Below are positions 14,512 to 27,829 of a stretch of DNA of 64,000 nucleotides, in pieces; positions within the stretch are counted from its first letter, which is position 1, and the number at the start of each line of letters is the position of its first letter. Under the pieces are notes generated by a model that had not been told where the DNA came from, ran no database searches, and saw only the letters and a list, made by a program, of their open reading frames with translations. The stretch comes from the human T2T-CHM13v2.0 reference genome, Homo sapiens: the NCBI RefSeq assembly GCF_009914755.1, contig NC_060934.1, one strand, 5' to 3'. The position numbers were made by a program, and so were the translations under genes.

Positions 14512-15298
14512 ACGTCTCACTTCCTAAGTCCGTCTTGTCTCCTCACTTCTTCCTCCTCCACTATCTCTTTTGGCCTCTTCCTTTACTGCTTCTCCCCCCA
14601 GATATGTTCATTCCGTTATAATAGTCCCACGTCCTTCATCCTTTCCCCTCCCCCTCACCAGCTGTCAGTTTATCTCCTCCAAAGTCCACTGTTAGACATT
14701 TACTTATGTTTTTAAGAAGCCTTTGCCCCTTGACTTTATTTGCCCCTTTCTCCCTTACCAGCTAGGGTTCCCTCTGTGCAATGGATCTCTTTTGTGTCAC
14801 TGTCTGGGGGTGGGAGGCAGGGAGAACGCAGGCAACGTTACTACTCTAATAGCCTCAAAGGACACCGGATTTGGGGCAATTGCACAGGTTCTTAGAACAC
14901 AACTCCCCATAGTGTCCGTTACCTGTTGTGAAAGTCTGGAACACGCCAACCCTCTGTTACCCCCGGGGTATCCTGGACTGGGATCCCCCACTCTGGCAGA
15001 TTTGCCCGGCTTCTTCATTAGGAAACTGCTCATGACCCAGAGAATGAGGGGCCACACTCCTGAGAGAGTTTACCAGGGGGCTTCCCCACCCAAATAGCTA
15101 GTGGTTTTGCTGGTCTACCATTTGGGGATGATTTGTGCCATGATGTTCTTGTTGGCAGACAAAACTTCAGGCCGATGGGAATATACCTAATATGTGCATA
15201 CATATTTAAACGCATGTCGTTTTCTAAGTAAGGATTTGCATTTTTAGAAAATTCATTTAGAATAATGCACTGGCAGTTGCAGACCACCTCTGAAATAG

Positions 15299-15650
<352 letters not shown>

Positions 15651-15797
15651 AAAAATATTCTTATCCTCTGCCTTCCTCTAATGAACATCTACCCTGCAGC
15701 CTTCCACTGCAGGAACAGTGCACATGACAACCTCTGACCCCAACCTTTGGCTCCTATACTGGCTAAAAAGAAATAATGACCATTATTATCATTATGA

Positions 15798-16300
<503 letters not shown>

Positions 16301-16710
16301 ACGCTGCCCAGCATTCAGTGTCACCCTGGAGTGACACAGTTGAAGTCCCCAAGCGTTAGATAATCCCCCTTCCATAGAGGAGGGGAGCTCCCAGGAAGAC
16401 TCCCTAGGGGCATACTGAGCCCCCTTTTTAGGAAACACATATAAAAATGCAAATGCAAATTCATTACAGAAGTGATGCTTCACTTTTAAAAAGAATTCCC
16501 CACAGCCCTTCTTTAAATAGACTCTGACACATACAATATAGGATTCAATTTAGAAAAATGATGTTTACTGTAGCTTTTCAGAAACAAATGAATTCCTTAA
16601 ACCAACATATTCATATACAAATAACGGTCTGACTTCAGACCAGGATGAACCAGAGACACAGATAGAACAGGAGAAGCCAGCTGAGCACAAGGGGCCATCC
16701 GTGAGCTCTG

Positions 16711-16921
16711 GACACACACATACATATGTGCACATGGACACACATGCATAATAAAGGCACACACATGTGTTCACGTGCCCAAGCACATACCCACACACAC
16801 TCAAACGTGGGCACACACACACATATACACAAGCACATACCTGTATACTCATACATACATATACACACATGTGCACAAGCACATATATGCATACACTCAT
16901 ACATGCTATGTTCACACACAT
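16711..16921 (+). repeat. Degenerate (CA)/(CATA)n low-complexity tract
   Basis: ~210 nt of CACA/CATA repeats. Confidence 0.9.
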
Positions 16922-17350
16922 CCCAGGGCTCCAAGCAAAATCACCTTGCCTCCTAATAGAATGTCAAAAGGATAAACATTAATTGGGGAAAAAAAAAGTT
17001 TTCACCCCAAAGCCTTTCAAAAACAGACTCAAAGAGAAGGAAGTTGGTCCCTAGCCACTGTGTTCAGCACAGACCCACGCTGGGCTTAGTATTAGCAAAA
17101 CCGGCCACCAAAATCTTCAGTCTGTGGTTCCCTGCACCTGCAGCTCTGAGCCCTCTGCCTGTCCTCCCCTCCCCCTCCCACCCACCTTAGCCAAATTCTC
17201 AGGTTCCTGGGGGGTGGGGAGGAGGTGGGTATTGACTCCAAATCCTACTGGGGAGAATATCCTAATTTAAAGCATCTCTTTTTCCCTTTTTAATTTTATT
17301 TTTCTTTTTCTGTCTTCAACCTTAACACATGAATGATCTTAAAGTTTTGA

Positions 17351-17551
<201 letters not shown>

Positions 17552-18449
17552 TAAGATGAGAACCAAATGTCTACACGGATGCTACCAAAATCTCTCTGTT
17601 CATTTGACTGGTGAAATTCTGCCCGCTGTTGGATTTGCTTTGTAACCACAGCTGCAAGTAATTCTGGCTAAATCCCTTGCCTTTGAATCCTTTTCCTTTG
17701 AAGATACAGAGCAATCGATGTGTGGAAGTGAGGAAACCACTAGGAAAGGGATTTTCAGGGAAGGCCTCAGCTCTTAGCTCCAGGATGGCTTTGGAAGCCA
17801 GTGTAGCATTTGTGAGCCACGGATTTGCCTTCTTCGTTTCATGGCCACCTCTGTGGGCCAGTAGTTCAAGCTGTCTGAATCCTCACTTGATCAGGATGCA
17901 GGACACCAGAGTTAGCGTCTCCTCAGGGCCACTGATGCTCAAAACTGGGCAGAACAAGGCCAGATGAGGGGCTTCTAATGCACAGCCTCCCAACACTCAC
18001 CAGCCATCCAGCTGAAACCTTTAAAGCTGCAGACCAGAACTGGTAGTCAGACAGACACCCCATGGGAAGCCTTCTCAAAAGAGCCAGCAATTAATGATGA
18101 GGCACTTCTGCTGGGTTTCTCAAGTGCCTTTGAATCCATTTGAAGGTTCTAAAAATTATGATGCACTAAAGTTGAAGTTTGTCTGTGTTTACACTAAGTG
18201 AGTCTGTAGAGAGAGGAGGATCAACGGAGAGGGGGCAGGTTGTATGTGTGCAAAGCTGAACTCTCCAGAGCACAAAGAGAGCACAAAAGCTGGATTTGGG
18301 AGATGGGGGATCACCTGGGATTTAGCCCCTGTTTGTAGATGCCTCAAGGGTCCTGCATCCTGGCCAGGGTAGGACTGGGCCTCTCTATTCCATGGTTGGA
18401 GCTGGCCAGCCTTGACCTGAATAATCATCGTGGTTGGTTTTGTGAACAG

Positions 18450-18527
18450 GGACACCGAGGTTTTAAAGGAGAGAAAGGGGAGCCGGGGTTACCAGGGCTG
18501 GACGGACTGGATGCCCCATGCCCATTG
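18450..18527 (+). CDS. COL13A1: Paralogous alternative exon, 78 nt, [26 protein letters not shown]
   Basis: AACAG acceptor, seven uninterrupted Gly-X-Y triplets, same APCPL ending and TTG|GTATG donor as the 17384 exon, phase 0, no stops. Confidence 0.85.
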
Positions 18528-19848
18528 GTATGGCATTGCCCTTGCTTGCCTGCATGGCCGATTTGGGCTTCCCCATGTGTGTGATTCATACTGGGTTTCT
18601 CCCCAGCCACCCTCCACACTCCTCCTCCATCCCCCCCAGGCTCCACTTCCCACTTCTTCATTCTGTAAATGCCAAGGGTCACCCCGCCTAGGCTAGTACT
18701 CTGGGGGCTCCCAGTCATGCCACCCTCTTGCATGCAAAGTTTACTGGGATGTTTCCTGGCTTCCTGCTGCAGCTACCTCTAAAGCACAGCCACTTGATGC
18801 CAGCCAGCTCTCCCACCCTGAAGTTGGTTTTGGCTGCCTCTGATACTCATCTCCAAGCTGATTCTAGACAAAGCTGCCACCAGATACCAGCTAGGAAAGT
18901 GGATTCTCTGGACTGGTTTTCAGAACCATGACTCACTTCTTTTCCTTCAGGCAGTGAAGTTAGTTCAGAATCACTGGCTGAGCACCTAGCGAAACATGTG
19001 AATGAGATGCCTGATCAGCCCTGTATCCCCTGCTCCTCCATCACATGATTTGGGGGACAGAAGGGCATGATTACAGAGTAGACTGAGAAGCTCTAGAAGT
19101 GAGCTGGAGGAGGGGCCACCTGCCTATTCTTCCAGGTTGGATCGTGGGTCGCTGCCCAGGTGACACCATCAGAACTAGGGGATGGTCCAGGATTAGGTTT
19201 TCGGATCCTAAAGGGTTTGTCCTTCTTGCTTAAATCTCCAAAGACATTACCAGACCCTTCCTCGTCCCTTTCTTTCATGATCAGATGGCTTCTTACTGAA
19301 GAGTCTGGGAGAGACGGAAAGGTCAAGAATGTAGTTAAGGAGGAGGCAGGGAGACAGCTAAGGACCTCTCTTCCAAGCACGTCCCAGGCGAAGTGGTAGC
19401 AGTTTATTCCCGCCTGCCCAGTCCCTCTCTAGGCATGGACAGTCTAGGCCTCCACGCTGATCCTCTTACTGCAAAAGAAGCTGAAGGGAACACTTCACTC
19501 CAAGGCTCAAGGGGTTACAGCTCTCCCCAAATTTCCCCAATAGGTTTGGAGTTCAAGAGCTATTTTATCATACCAGTAATAAGAGAATTTGGGGTCTCAC
19601 ATCCCCGCCCTGGGGTCACACAGGAATTCTCTTTGAACAAAAGAGAAAAAGATACAAGAAATTATGCTGTGTGACCCTGAAAGGTGGTCGTAGAGCCCCT
19701 TGAAGGGCAGTAGGGACTTTTTAGGAGGAGCATAGGCAACAAAAGGAGAGTGCAGAGCAAGCAGGCGGGTAGCATGCTTCCTGTCCCTGCTGGTCCTGCC
19801 AAACCCTGCGCTTGCAGACTGCACAGCCACCTTTCTCAACCAGGACTT

Positions 19849-20094
19849 CCACCATCCACGCACCAATGGGAATGCCGCTCTGGCCCGCAGGGGCTCCCTT
19901 GAGCACTGGCCAGGTCTTCCCTCAGCCACAATCCCCTCCCACAATCTGGGCACCTTTAGTTCTGCCAGCAGCTGCCTTGGCCTCTCTGTTCCTCACCATA
20001 CATTACTTTTCATTCTCTGCCTGCCCTGCCCTCCATATCCCCCTGCCACCATCCACACACCAATGGGAATGCCGCTCTGGCCCACAGAGGCTCC
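19849..20094 (+). repeat. Two direct copies of a 49-bp intronic element (19849-19897, 20046-20094)
   Basis: CCACCATCCACRCACCAATGGGAATGCCGCTCTGGCCCRCAGRGGCTCC, 46/49 identical. Confidence 0.95.
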
Positions 20095-21505
20095 TCTCCC
20101 TCCCGGCATCCATGTGACGTGTGTCATACCGCACCGTGGCAGGCTGGGGAAGGGGCACAGGGTCACCCTGAAACTGTGGAATGCACCTCCTCCCCCTGCA
20201 ATCCCCTCCCCAACCCAGAGGGGAAAATGAAGGTCACCCTGATTTGACTCTCCATGTAAAATGGCATTTTCTTCCATAACATCCCATATCAATGTGTCAA
20301 TTTTCTATTAATTTTACTGGGGAAGTGTCTTCCCCTTGTTTCTCACTCTGCCTCCTCCTCTGTGTTATTATGGGCTTGAGGGGCAGGGGTAGCTATTGCT
20401 CATGACTTTTACTACAAGATAACCAGACTTCCTAAGCCCTCCATATTGGGACCAATTTCTGCTGAATGCCAGGTGATGAGAGGTTTCAGCCCCTGGCGTG
20501 GGTGGATGACGTCAGACCAGGGCAGCAGAGGACTCTCATTCCACAAGCTCCCTCAGGACTGAGCACTTGCTCCGGGTCTCCTGAAGCCCCATGTCCATCT
20601 CCTTGTCTGCCCTGCCAGTCTAGCAGACTTGGGCTGAGAACCAGACCTTTGCCCTTGGCCCAGCCTCGCCTTCCCCACTGGGTCTCTAGATTTCTAGATT
20701 CCCCATAGGGTATGCCAGCAAGGAGAGGATATGAGGGCCCAAGAAAACTCAGGAAAGTTTCTATCACCAAGGGCAGAACACGAACATCTTGAGGCTAAAG
20801 GAGCTGCATGGTTGCTACCAACAAAGGAGACCGACGGTGTGCAGTTGATTCCCATGTTTTTACTGCACTTCACCCCCAAATTCCCAGCAAGGTCTAAGGC
20901 TTCGCCAGGAACCCTTGTCTTCTTGCCAAAGGCATCTCAGGGCCATCCTGCAATACTCATGAGGTTGCCTGTCCCTTCATGCCCCTCACCCCACCCCAGG
21001 ATTAATCATCAAAGAAGGACTGTCTACATGTCCTCCTCCCTGTGCTTAGGAAGAGAGACAAATAAGAGAATGAGAAGGCTGGGAAGGCCCTTAGCGGTCA
21101 CATCAAGCAACTGTCCTTGCCAAGGTTTTATGGAGGAGGAAACTGAGGCCGCCTTGTGCTGAGTGGCTTACCCGTGAGCAGCCGGCACTCCATAGGGCCA
21201 CAGCAGAGACTGTTTCTTCGTGGCACGGAAGGACATCTCTGCTTGCTGGTCCCACGGGCTAGGACAGCCCCTATTGACGTTGCACTATAGCTGCATGTGA
21301 CCTTTAACCAATGGTAAAATAGCCGGATTTGTTTCCACCTCCTTCTGAGGTTCTGACCTGTAGTAGAGAAAAGAAATAGACAAGCGTGGGTGGGCCACAT
21401 CCTGATCAGCTGCCAAAATGCGTGTGGCCCTTGTTACCCCTGTCCTGCCCACTTGGTGGACCATTGCAGGAAGTCTGAGCCCTCTGCCTTCCTTTCTCCT
21501 TGCAG

Positions 21506-21544
21506 GGCGAAGATGGCTTACCAGTCCAAGGCTGCTGGAACAAG
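21506..21544 (+). CDS. COL13A1: Collagen XIII NC4 exon, 39 nt, GEDGLPVQGCWNK
   Basis: Pyrimidine tract + TGCAG, AAG|GTAAGG donor; recognisable C-terminus of the transmembrane collagen XIII/XXIII/XXV family. Confidence 0.97.
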
Positions 21545-23200
21545 GTAAGGCTTCCCATTGGTGTGCACTGGGGCTCCGTTCTCAGCAGTGCCATAAAGCT
21601 TCCACAATTTCCATTCTGCCTTGCTACAGATGAGGCAGCAAGACATAGGTCAAATAGTCACTGTCTCAAAGGCAGGGTGCCCATTAAACATCCCATACAC
21701 TGCATGCTGTTAACAAACATTTTAAAATGCTTCTTAGAACATCAGTAAACCCTAGGCGGAATGTCCATGCAGCCACACAGGTGACATCTTTATGCTTTGT
21801 GTGTTCAATGTACATAGTGTCTTTCCCCCAAGGAACTTCCCCAAGGAGTTCCAGATCACACTCATAGAGTTCCTCTAAGGTCGTTTATGCCACGTGATGA
21901 CATGTCTTAGACGTAGGACATCTCAGTTGCTTTCACTCTGAACTCACATGCTACTGTGCCTCCCCTAGGGGCTGTGCTCCTCACCACTCTACCACTCCCC
22001 TTGCATTTAAGCTGGCAGAGCTTCATGCCACCACACATGTGACCTGCAGCCAAATCTCTCCTGGGCTCCCAGAGTTCCTACCAACAATGAGTTTTCATTG
22101 ATTCACACTGGCCTTGGCATTTGCCATTGTTAGAGCAGTCTGACATCATAGGACTGTGCCCTTGCATGTGATCGCCCCATTCAACCATGGCTCCCCAGAG
22201 CACAGGGCTGCCCAGGCAGACAGAGGCCATCTGCTTGCTAACTAATCCAGAAGACCCGCCTTGGTCCCCAGCAATGGTGGCAGCCACTATGCTGCCCCAT
22301 ACCGTCTCCCTCCACCTTGCCTGTCACTCCAAGTCTTCTCACCAACCCCCCACCACCATTGTCTCAAGGTTCATCCTCATAAAGGGACCGGAGACTCCAA
22401 CATGTTCAAGAATCTGTGCTCAACGAATCCAGTCCTGTTCCAGTGGCAGCAGAGTCACACTTACAATGAGATGAACAAGCTCCCCTGTACTAAGATGCCA
22501 GAATCTCACTAGTGCACTGGGTTGGGTAAAAGTGGTGAAACCACCAAGACCCCAGGCCAACGCTGACCACCTACCTGCCTGGATACCTAAAGCACCCCCT
22601 AACCCAAGAAGGAAAAGCTCAACACTCAAGAGAGATGCCTCCCCAGAATCCATCCCTGGAGGCTGGCCTCGTCCTCCTGCCAAGCTCCACTTAGACCTAG
22701 TTAAAGCGCCACAAAAGCAGGTCAGAGGTGTCATAAGACCTCTGAACCCTTGACCCCTAAAAAAATTTCCTCTTTAAAGTTGCTGCCAATGGTTAGGAGA
22801 CAGAAATGGTTGTGCTTAGCAGGGGAAGAACAGCCACTACCAAGAGCTGCAATGTCTTGGAGAAGCAACCAGAGAGCTTCAAGACTACTCATTCACACCT
22901 TAAGTCCAATCTGGGACAATGCAGTGGTTACAACAATCAGGCCTCCAAAGGCAGCAGAGAAAGAGAGTGCCCTCTAGTGACCACAAAGGGGATTCACAGA
23001 GAGGTGAACTTGGTTTCCTCCCTTCAGGGAGCTAAGGTCGCCACCAGTTTCTTTCACCTAGGGGCTCAGGGTTCCCACAGTTCTCCTGTCCAGAACTCCC
23101 ATCCAACCCAGGACAAGATTTACCTCCCTTCCTACAAAGGAAATAAACCTCTGCAGACCCACTGAAACTAACAGAACATTGTTTTGTTTTTGTTTTGCAG

Positions 23201-23203
23201 TGA
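23201..23203 (+). CDS. COL13A1: TGA stop codon, first three bases of the terminal exon
   Basis: ACTAAC branch motif (23167-23172), TTTTGTTTTTGTTTTGCAG acceptor, then TGA in phase 0. Confidence 0.9.
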   Translation, partial: 

Positions 23204-23472
23204 TGCCTCTAACCTTGGATTGGCCTGTGTGTGTGTTTGTACATAGAATATTTATTTTTATACAGTTTTCACTTTTTGAAAATGCCAGAAGTATGATGCA
23301 TCTTACAGATTATTAAAAAAGAAAGAAAAACCTGCATATTTTGTACAGAAAATATCAACCTCTTCCCTTTTGTTTACAAGATGTTTTGTATAAGCCTATG
23401 TCTCTAATACATTTTTTGTTTGGTCGTAATGTCTGCATGATATTTGTGCACATTTATTAAGTATCGAAGCTT

Positions 23473-23478
23473 AATAAA
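23473..23478 (+). terminator. Polyadenylation signal AATAAA (proximal candidate)
   Basis: Canonical hexamer followed by TTATTGTGTCC. Confidence 0.6.
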
Positions 23479-23622
23479 TTATTGTGTCCTGGTGCCAAAG
23501 GGGGCCAGCCAGAACTGAGGTGCTGGCTAGCTCATGTGTGAATTCACATAAATGTAGAGGTCCATGATATTTGCTAAGCTAGGTGTGTCTAAGAGTATTT
23601 TAAACCCTTATGGATTTTCATT

Positions 23623-23628
23623 ATTAAA
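23623..23628 (+). terminator. Polyadenylation signal ATTAAA (distal candidate)
   Basis: Variant hexamer with upstream TGTA and U-rich sequence. Confidence 0.55.
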
Positions 23629-24625
23629 GGAAATGAAACATGGCAATTCATGATCCTGATTAATCATTATATTAAATACATTCTCTCCTGTGAAAGCAGG
23701 AATTCCCAGAAGTAGGGGTCCTCAGAAGTGTGGAGTAAGGTTTTGAAATGTGAGGTTCAACAAAGGGAGGGAAGGGAACTTTATCGAGCAATGTATGTTG
23801 TTACAGATCCCAAGTTTATCACAGTGCTTGCTGTGTGAGCATTTAGGTTCAGTTGTGCTAAGGGCACCCAGGGTTTCAAAGGAGCCATTTGCTCTTGCTG
23901 TTGGGTTATGGTAGGTTTTTGCTTGTTTGTTTTGCTTTGTTTTGTTTTGAGCTACAGTCCCTAGTACCAGCTATTGCTAATCACAGCTGTTGACTTGATA
24001 TGAGTTTGTGGGTTCACTCACAACTAGCAGTTGAAGGAGCTTTGCCTCATCTGCTGTTCCACTCCAGCAAAGAGCATTCAGAAACATGCCTAGATCTGGG
24101 CTTGGGCTGGGCCAATCTGAAGTTGTTTTTATTTTTTTAAGAAATAATGTTGTATTGCTTTCCATATTTAGTGCATTGCTTAGAAAAGGTCTCAGGAAAC
24201 CGGTTTTAATGACCAGTTAAGTCTTACCTGTGGTGTAGCATACAGGTTTATCGTTAGCTGTTTGACAACATAAATTCATGCTTCTAAAAGCTTGAAAACA
24301 ACAAATTACTCCAGTACTTTACATACATCCCCATCTGGTTTACATTTTGCATTTTCTTTACACATCCTTTCTTCCTAGACAACGCAAAGGGAAATTTAAC
24401 TTCAGACTCTGTCCACATGCTGTCACACAAAACTCTAAATTAGTGGGCTTCACAGTCATTAGACCCCTGCCATGTGTGGGGATGAGGTCACACTCACAAG
24501 CGCTCATGGTAATGAAATCACACGCAGCTCAGACCCAAAACGTCTATACCAACATTCTTACTCTAAATGTCACTAGCTTAGCTTAGAACTTGGACAACTT
24601 CCTCTTCTAAGTCTTGGGTTCCTCA

Positions 24626-24988
<363 letters not shown>

Positions 24989-25019
24989 TCATGGCCCTGT
25001 AGCCCAGGGACAACTTCTC

Positions 25020-25230
25020 CAGCAGCCACGGAGTACTTTTAGAGGCCACAAAAATATCTTAATTTTTCACCTTTTTAAATTTAGAAAAAAAAAATGAATA
25101 TATAACAATGAATCCAGCCAGGATTGTTTTTGTCTTTCTACCAGCACAATTGTAAAATATAATTTTTTGTATTTTTTTAATGGAGGAAGGCAAAACTGCC
25201 CAGGGCCCCCAAAAGTCATAACGCAGCCCA
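25020..25230. mobile_element. MER91-like hAT-Tip100 remnant
   Basis: TACTTTTAGAGGCCACAAAAATA...GCCCAGGGCCCCCAAAAGTCATAACGCAGCCC resembles the recalled consensus. Confidence 0.55.
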
Positions 25231-25714
25231 GCCCACATCCTCTGCCCCTTAGAATTCACAGTCACCCTAGCTGCGGGTGTCCCCACCTCCAGGCCACACT
25301 CCTCCCCTCCCAGGCGAGGGCCCAGGCAATCAGGGTGTGACCCCGTTCTGACCCCCTCCCCTTCAGGCTCTGGCCAGGGCAATCACAGCTCACTGATGAT
25401 CTCAGGATAGAGTAGAACATTCACTGGAACCCAGAAAGGGGAGAGTCAGTGTTAGCTGAATATCCTGGGTAAATGGGCAAAGAAACCTCTTTTGTTCCAG
25501 TCCTGGGGTTATTCATTTACTTATGACACTTTACCTACTGCCACAAAGGATTCAAAGTCACAAGAATCTATGTAATAAAATAGAAATGTGTGTAAAGAGA
25601 AGTTTAAAAGTCAGAGTCAAGGAAAACAAGTAGAGAGGAGACAGCTGTGGCTGGGAAGCCCAGGGGATGGGGAAGGTCCTTGCCGTAACTGAGGCAGGGT
25701 CACACACATCACTT

Positions 25715-25732
25715 CAGGCCACCTAGTGGTCA
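25715..25732 (-). promoter_or_regulatory. CTCF-like motif
   Basis: Minus strand reads TGACCACTAGGTGGCCTG, close to the CCASYAGRKGGCR core; motif only. Confidence 0.5.
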
Positions 25733-26684
25733 CAGAAAAAAAAAAGGCTGGGCCTGGTTTCGGAGCCCACACTGCCCTGCCCAGTGGGTTGCAGCCCCCC
25801 GAGGTTTAGCCCCGTGTGTGTAAACACATTGTCTCCCCACACGGTTGTTGCTGCCATAGTACTCAGCCAGGACCCCACCCTATCACTGGACTGCACCCCG
25901 GGCTCCTGACTTCAGGCCCCTGCCCCCAAGCCTCTCCACTTGAATCTTGGCTGTGTGTCAAATGCAGTACAGGGAGATGAGAAGTAAAAAGACACGTGGT
26001 CAAAGAGTTTGCACAGTAGCTGTGAGTCCATACTAACGCCCAGCAGACCAGGACAACCAGGCGAGAAGAAACAATCCAGTGATGGAACAGGAGAAGCAGG
26101 CACATTGCAGGAGGGACCAGGGAAAGGCCAGCCCTATGGACAGGGGCCACAGAGGGCTTGCAGAGGAGAAAGACATGCTGTCTGTTTTGGGGGACTTGCG
26201 GCACCTCCTGGTGAGAACTGCCTGCCCAGGGAGCCAGAGGTGCACCCAGCCCTGCCCACTGAGCATGTTGGTGAAAGTTCTTTGTAAATTGTAAGGCACT
26301 GGGTCTTAAGGCCGTTTGTCTCCTGCAGTTCCTCTCTCATTCCAGTGCCTGTGGCTGCGTGCTCTGGCACAGCAGGACACATGCCTAGCGTTGTCCACCT
26401 GGATACCTGCAAAGAATGAGCCAGTACCCCATGGGTGACAGTGTGACCGGGTCATCTGGGCCCGAATGGTGCCTCTCCCCAAGGCTGGGGAGTTGTGGTT
26501 GTGGTCATGTGAGCCAAGGGAAGCCACATTGCTTCCCTTGCTGAGGGAAGAGGAGGCTCCTTCCACACATGCCCACCCCGCCCCATCTCCGCCCCACCCA
26601 GTGCTGGCCTCCCTTCCCCGGCCCTGCCTTCGCCTGGCAGAATGGCATAGGATGGAGCTGGGGAGGGTTGTCGTTAACCCATAA

Positions 26685-26850
26685 GTGGAGGAGGGCACTG
26701 GCCAGCAAGTCGAGAGACTCAGCTTCTAGTTCTTTCTCTACCATTACCTCACTGTGTGGCTTGGGCACCTTACTCCAGGTCTTAGTTTCCCCAAGCGTCA
26801 AGTGAAGAAGCTGGACATGGGTGACCTCCATAAAACTTTCCAGCTCCGAC
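26685..26850 (+). mobile_element. MIR fragment
   Basis: CTCACTGTGTGGCTTGGGCACCTTACT...CTTAGTTTCCCC resembles the MIR core. Confidence 0.55.
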
Positions 26851-27829
26851 ACCCTGAGGCCCTCTGGCCCCACAGGCAGGTCACCTCCTGGGAGGATTGT
26901 GGAGGCGGGAGTACTCCATGTCCCCCCCTCCACCTAGAGTTATTTGGCTGTGACAGTATTATGCATGGCATTGGTTTTGCAAAACTGTGTGTGGCATGTG
27001 TGTGCTTTGTAACCCCAAATAACAAAACTCGGAGTAGGCCTGTGCCACCCAGGAGTAGGGTGAGCGGGGTCAGCTTGCCTTAGGGCAAGAACAGCTGTAG
27101 GGGTTGTTTCTCACATTGGTGTCGACACAGAGGATGTATCAGAGAGAAAGCAATAAAGCACTGGCCACCTGACACACGCGGGAATCCCCAAGCCCCAACA
27201 CACATTCAGGGACACCGCACTGGCATGGGGAGGCCCACCTCCCTCCCTCCTCTCAGGCCCACTGTGTCTCTCCCATTCACCACCCCACACACTCCCCCAG
27301 CGTGTCTCTCCCCTTGCCCTGGACTTGGACACATTTTCAGCCAGCATGAGACATCAAGCACCCAAGACTCCACATCATTGCAAAAGAAAAGAGTAGGCTC
27401 CCTGTGAGTGTTCAGAAAAAAGGACACCACATCAAGATGTGGAGCAGAGAAGGAAAGCAAGGGCAGGAGCAGCCGTTCACCTCTCAAAGGAGCAGAACTC
27501 CCAAGGGGTCGCTGAAGCAGGATGCCCCTCACTGTGGTGAAGGAAACAGGAGGATGGTGCAGGGAAGGGAGCCATGTCTTAGCCACTCAGGCAGAATTGG
27601 GTGCAATCCACATGCAAAGTGACCTCTGGCTGCTAGAAAAGTTCATCTCTGAGAAACAGCCAAGCACCTGTGGAAGGCGACTCAGAGGGAGGTAGAGGGC
27701 CACGGCCCCTGTACCCCCAGGGCCCTCCCCAGCAGGCCCACCTCCTTTCCAGGCCTGCCACTCACCCTGTGCACACACTTTGCTGCCCCTCCACACGCTT
27801 GCCCTAGCCGGGCCCTTACCTGGAGATGC

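Larger units (their letters stand above)
23204..23648 (+). other. COL13A1: COL13A1 3' UTR (3' end approximate)
   Basis: AU-rich, several TGTA motifs, poly(A) hexamers AATAAA 23473 and ATTAAA 23312/23623/23671. Confidence 0.8.

Noticed and set aside
17163-17230. C-rich/G-rich imperfect hairpin or G4 upstream of the 17384 exon
   Set aside because: Low complexity and imperfect; not distinguishable from chance
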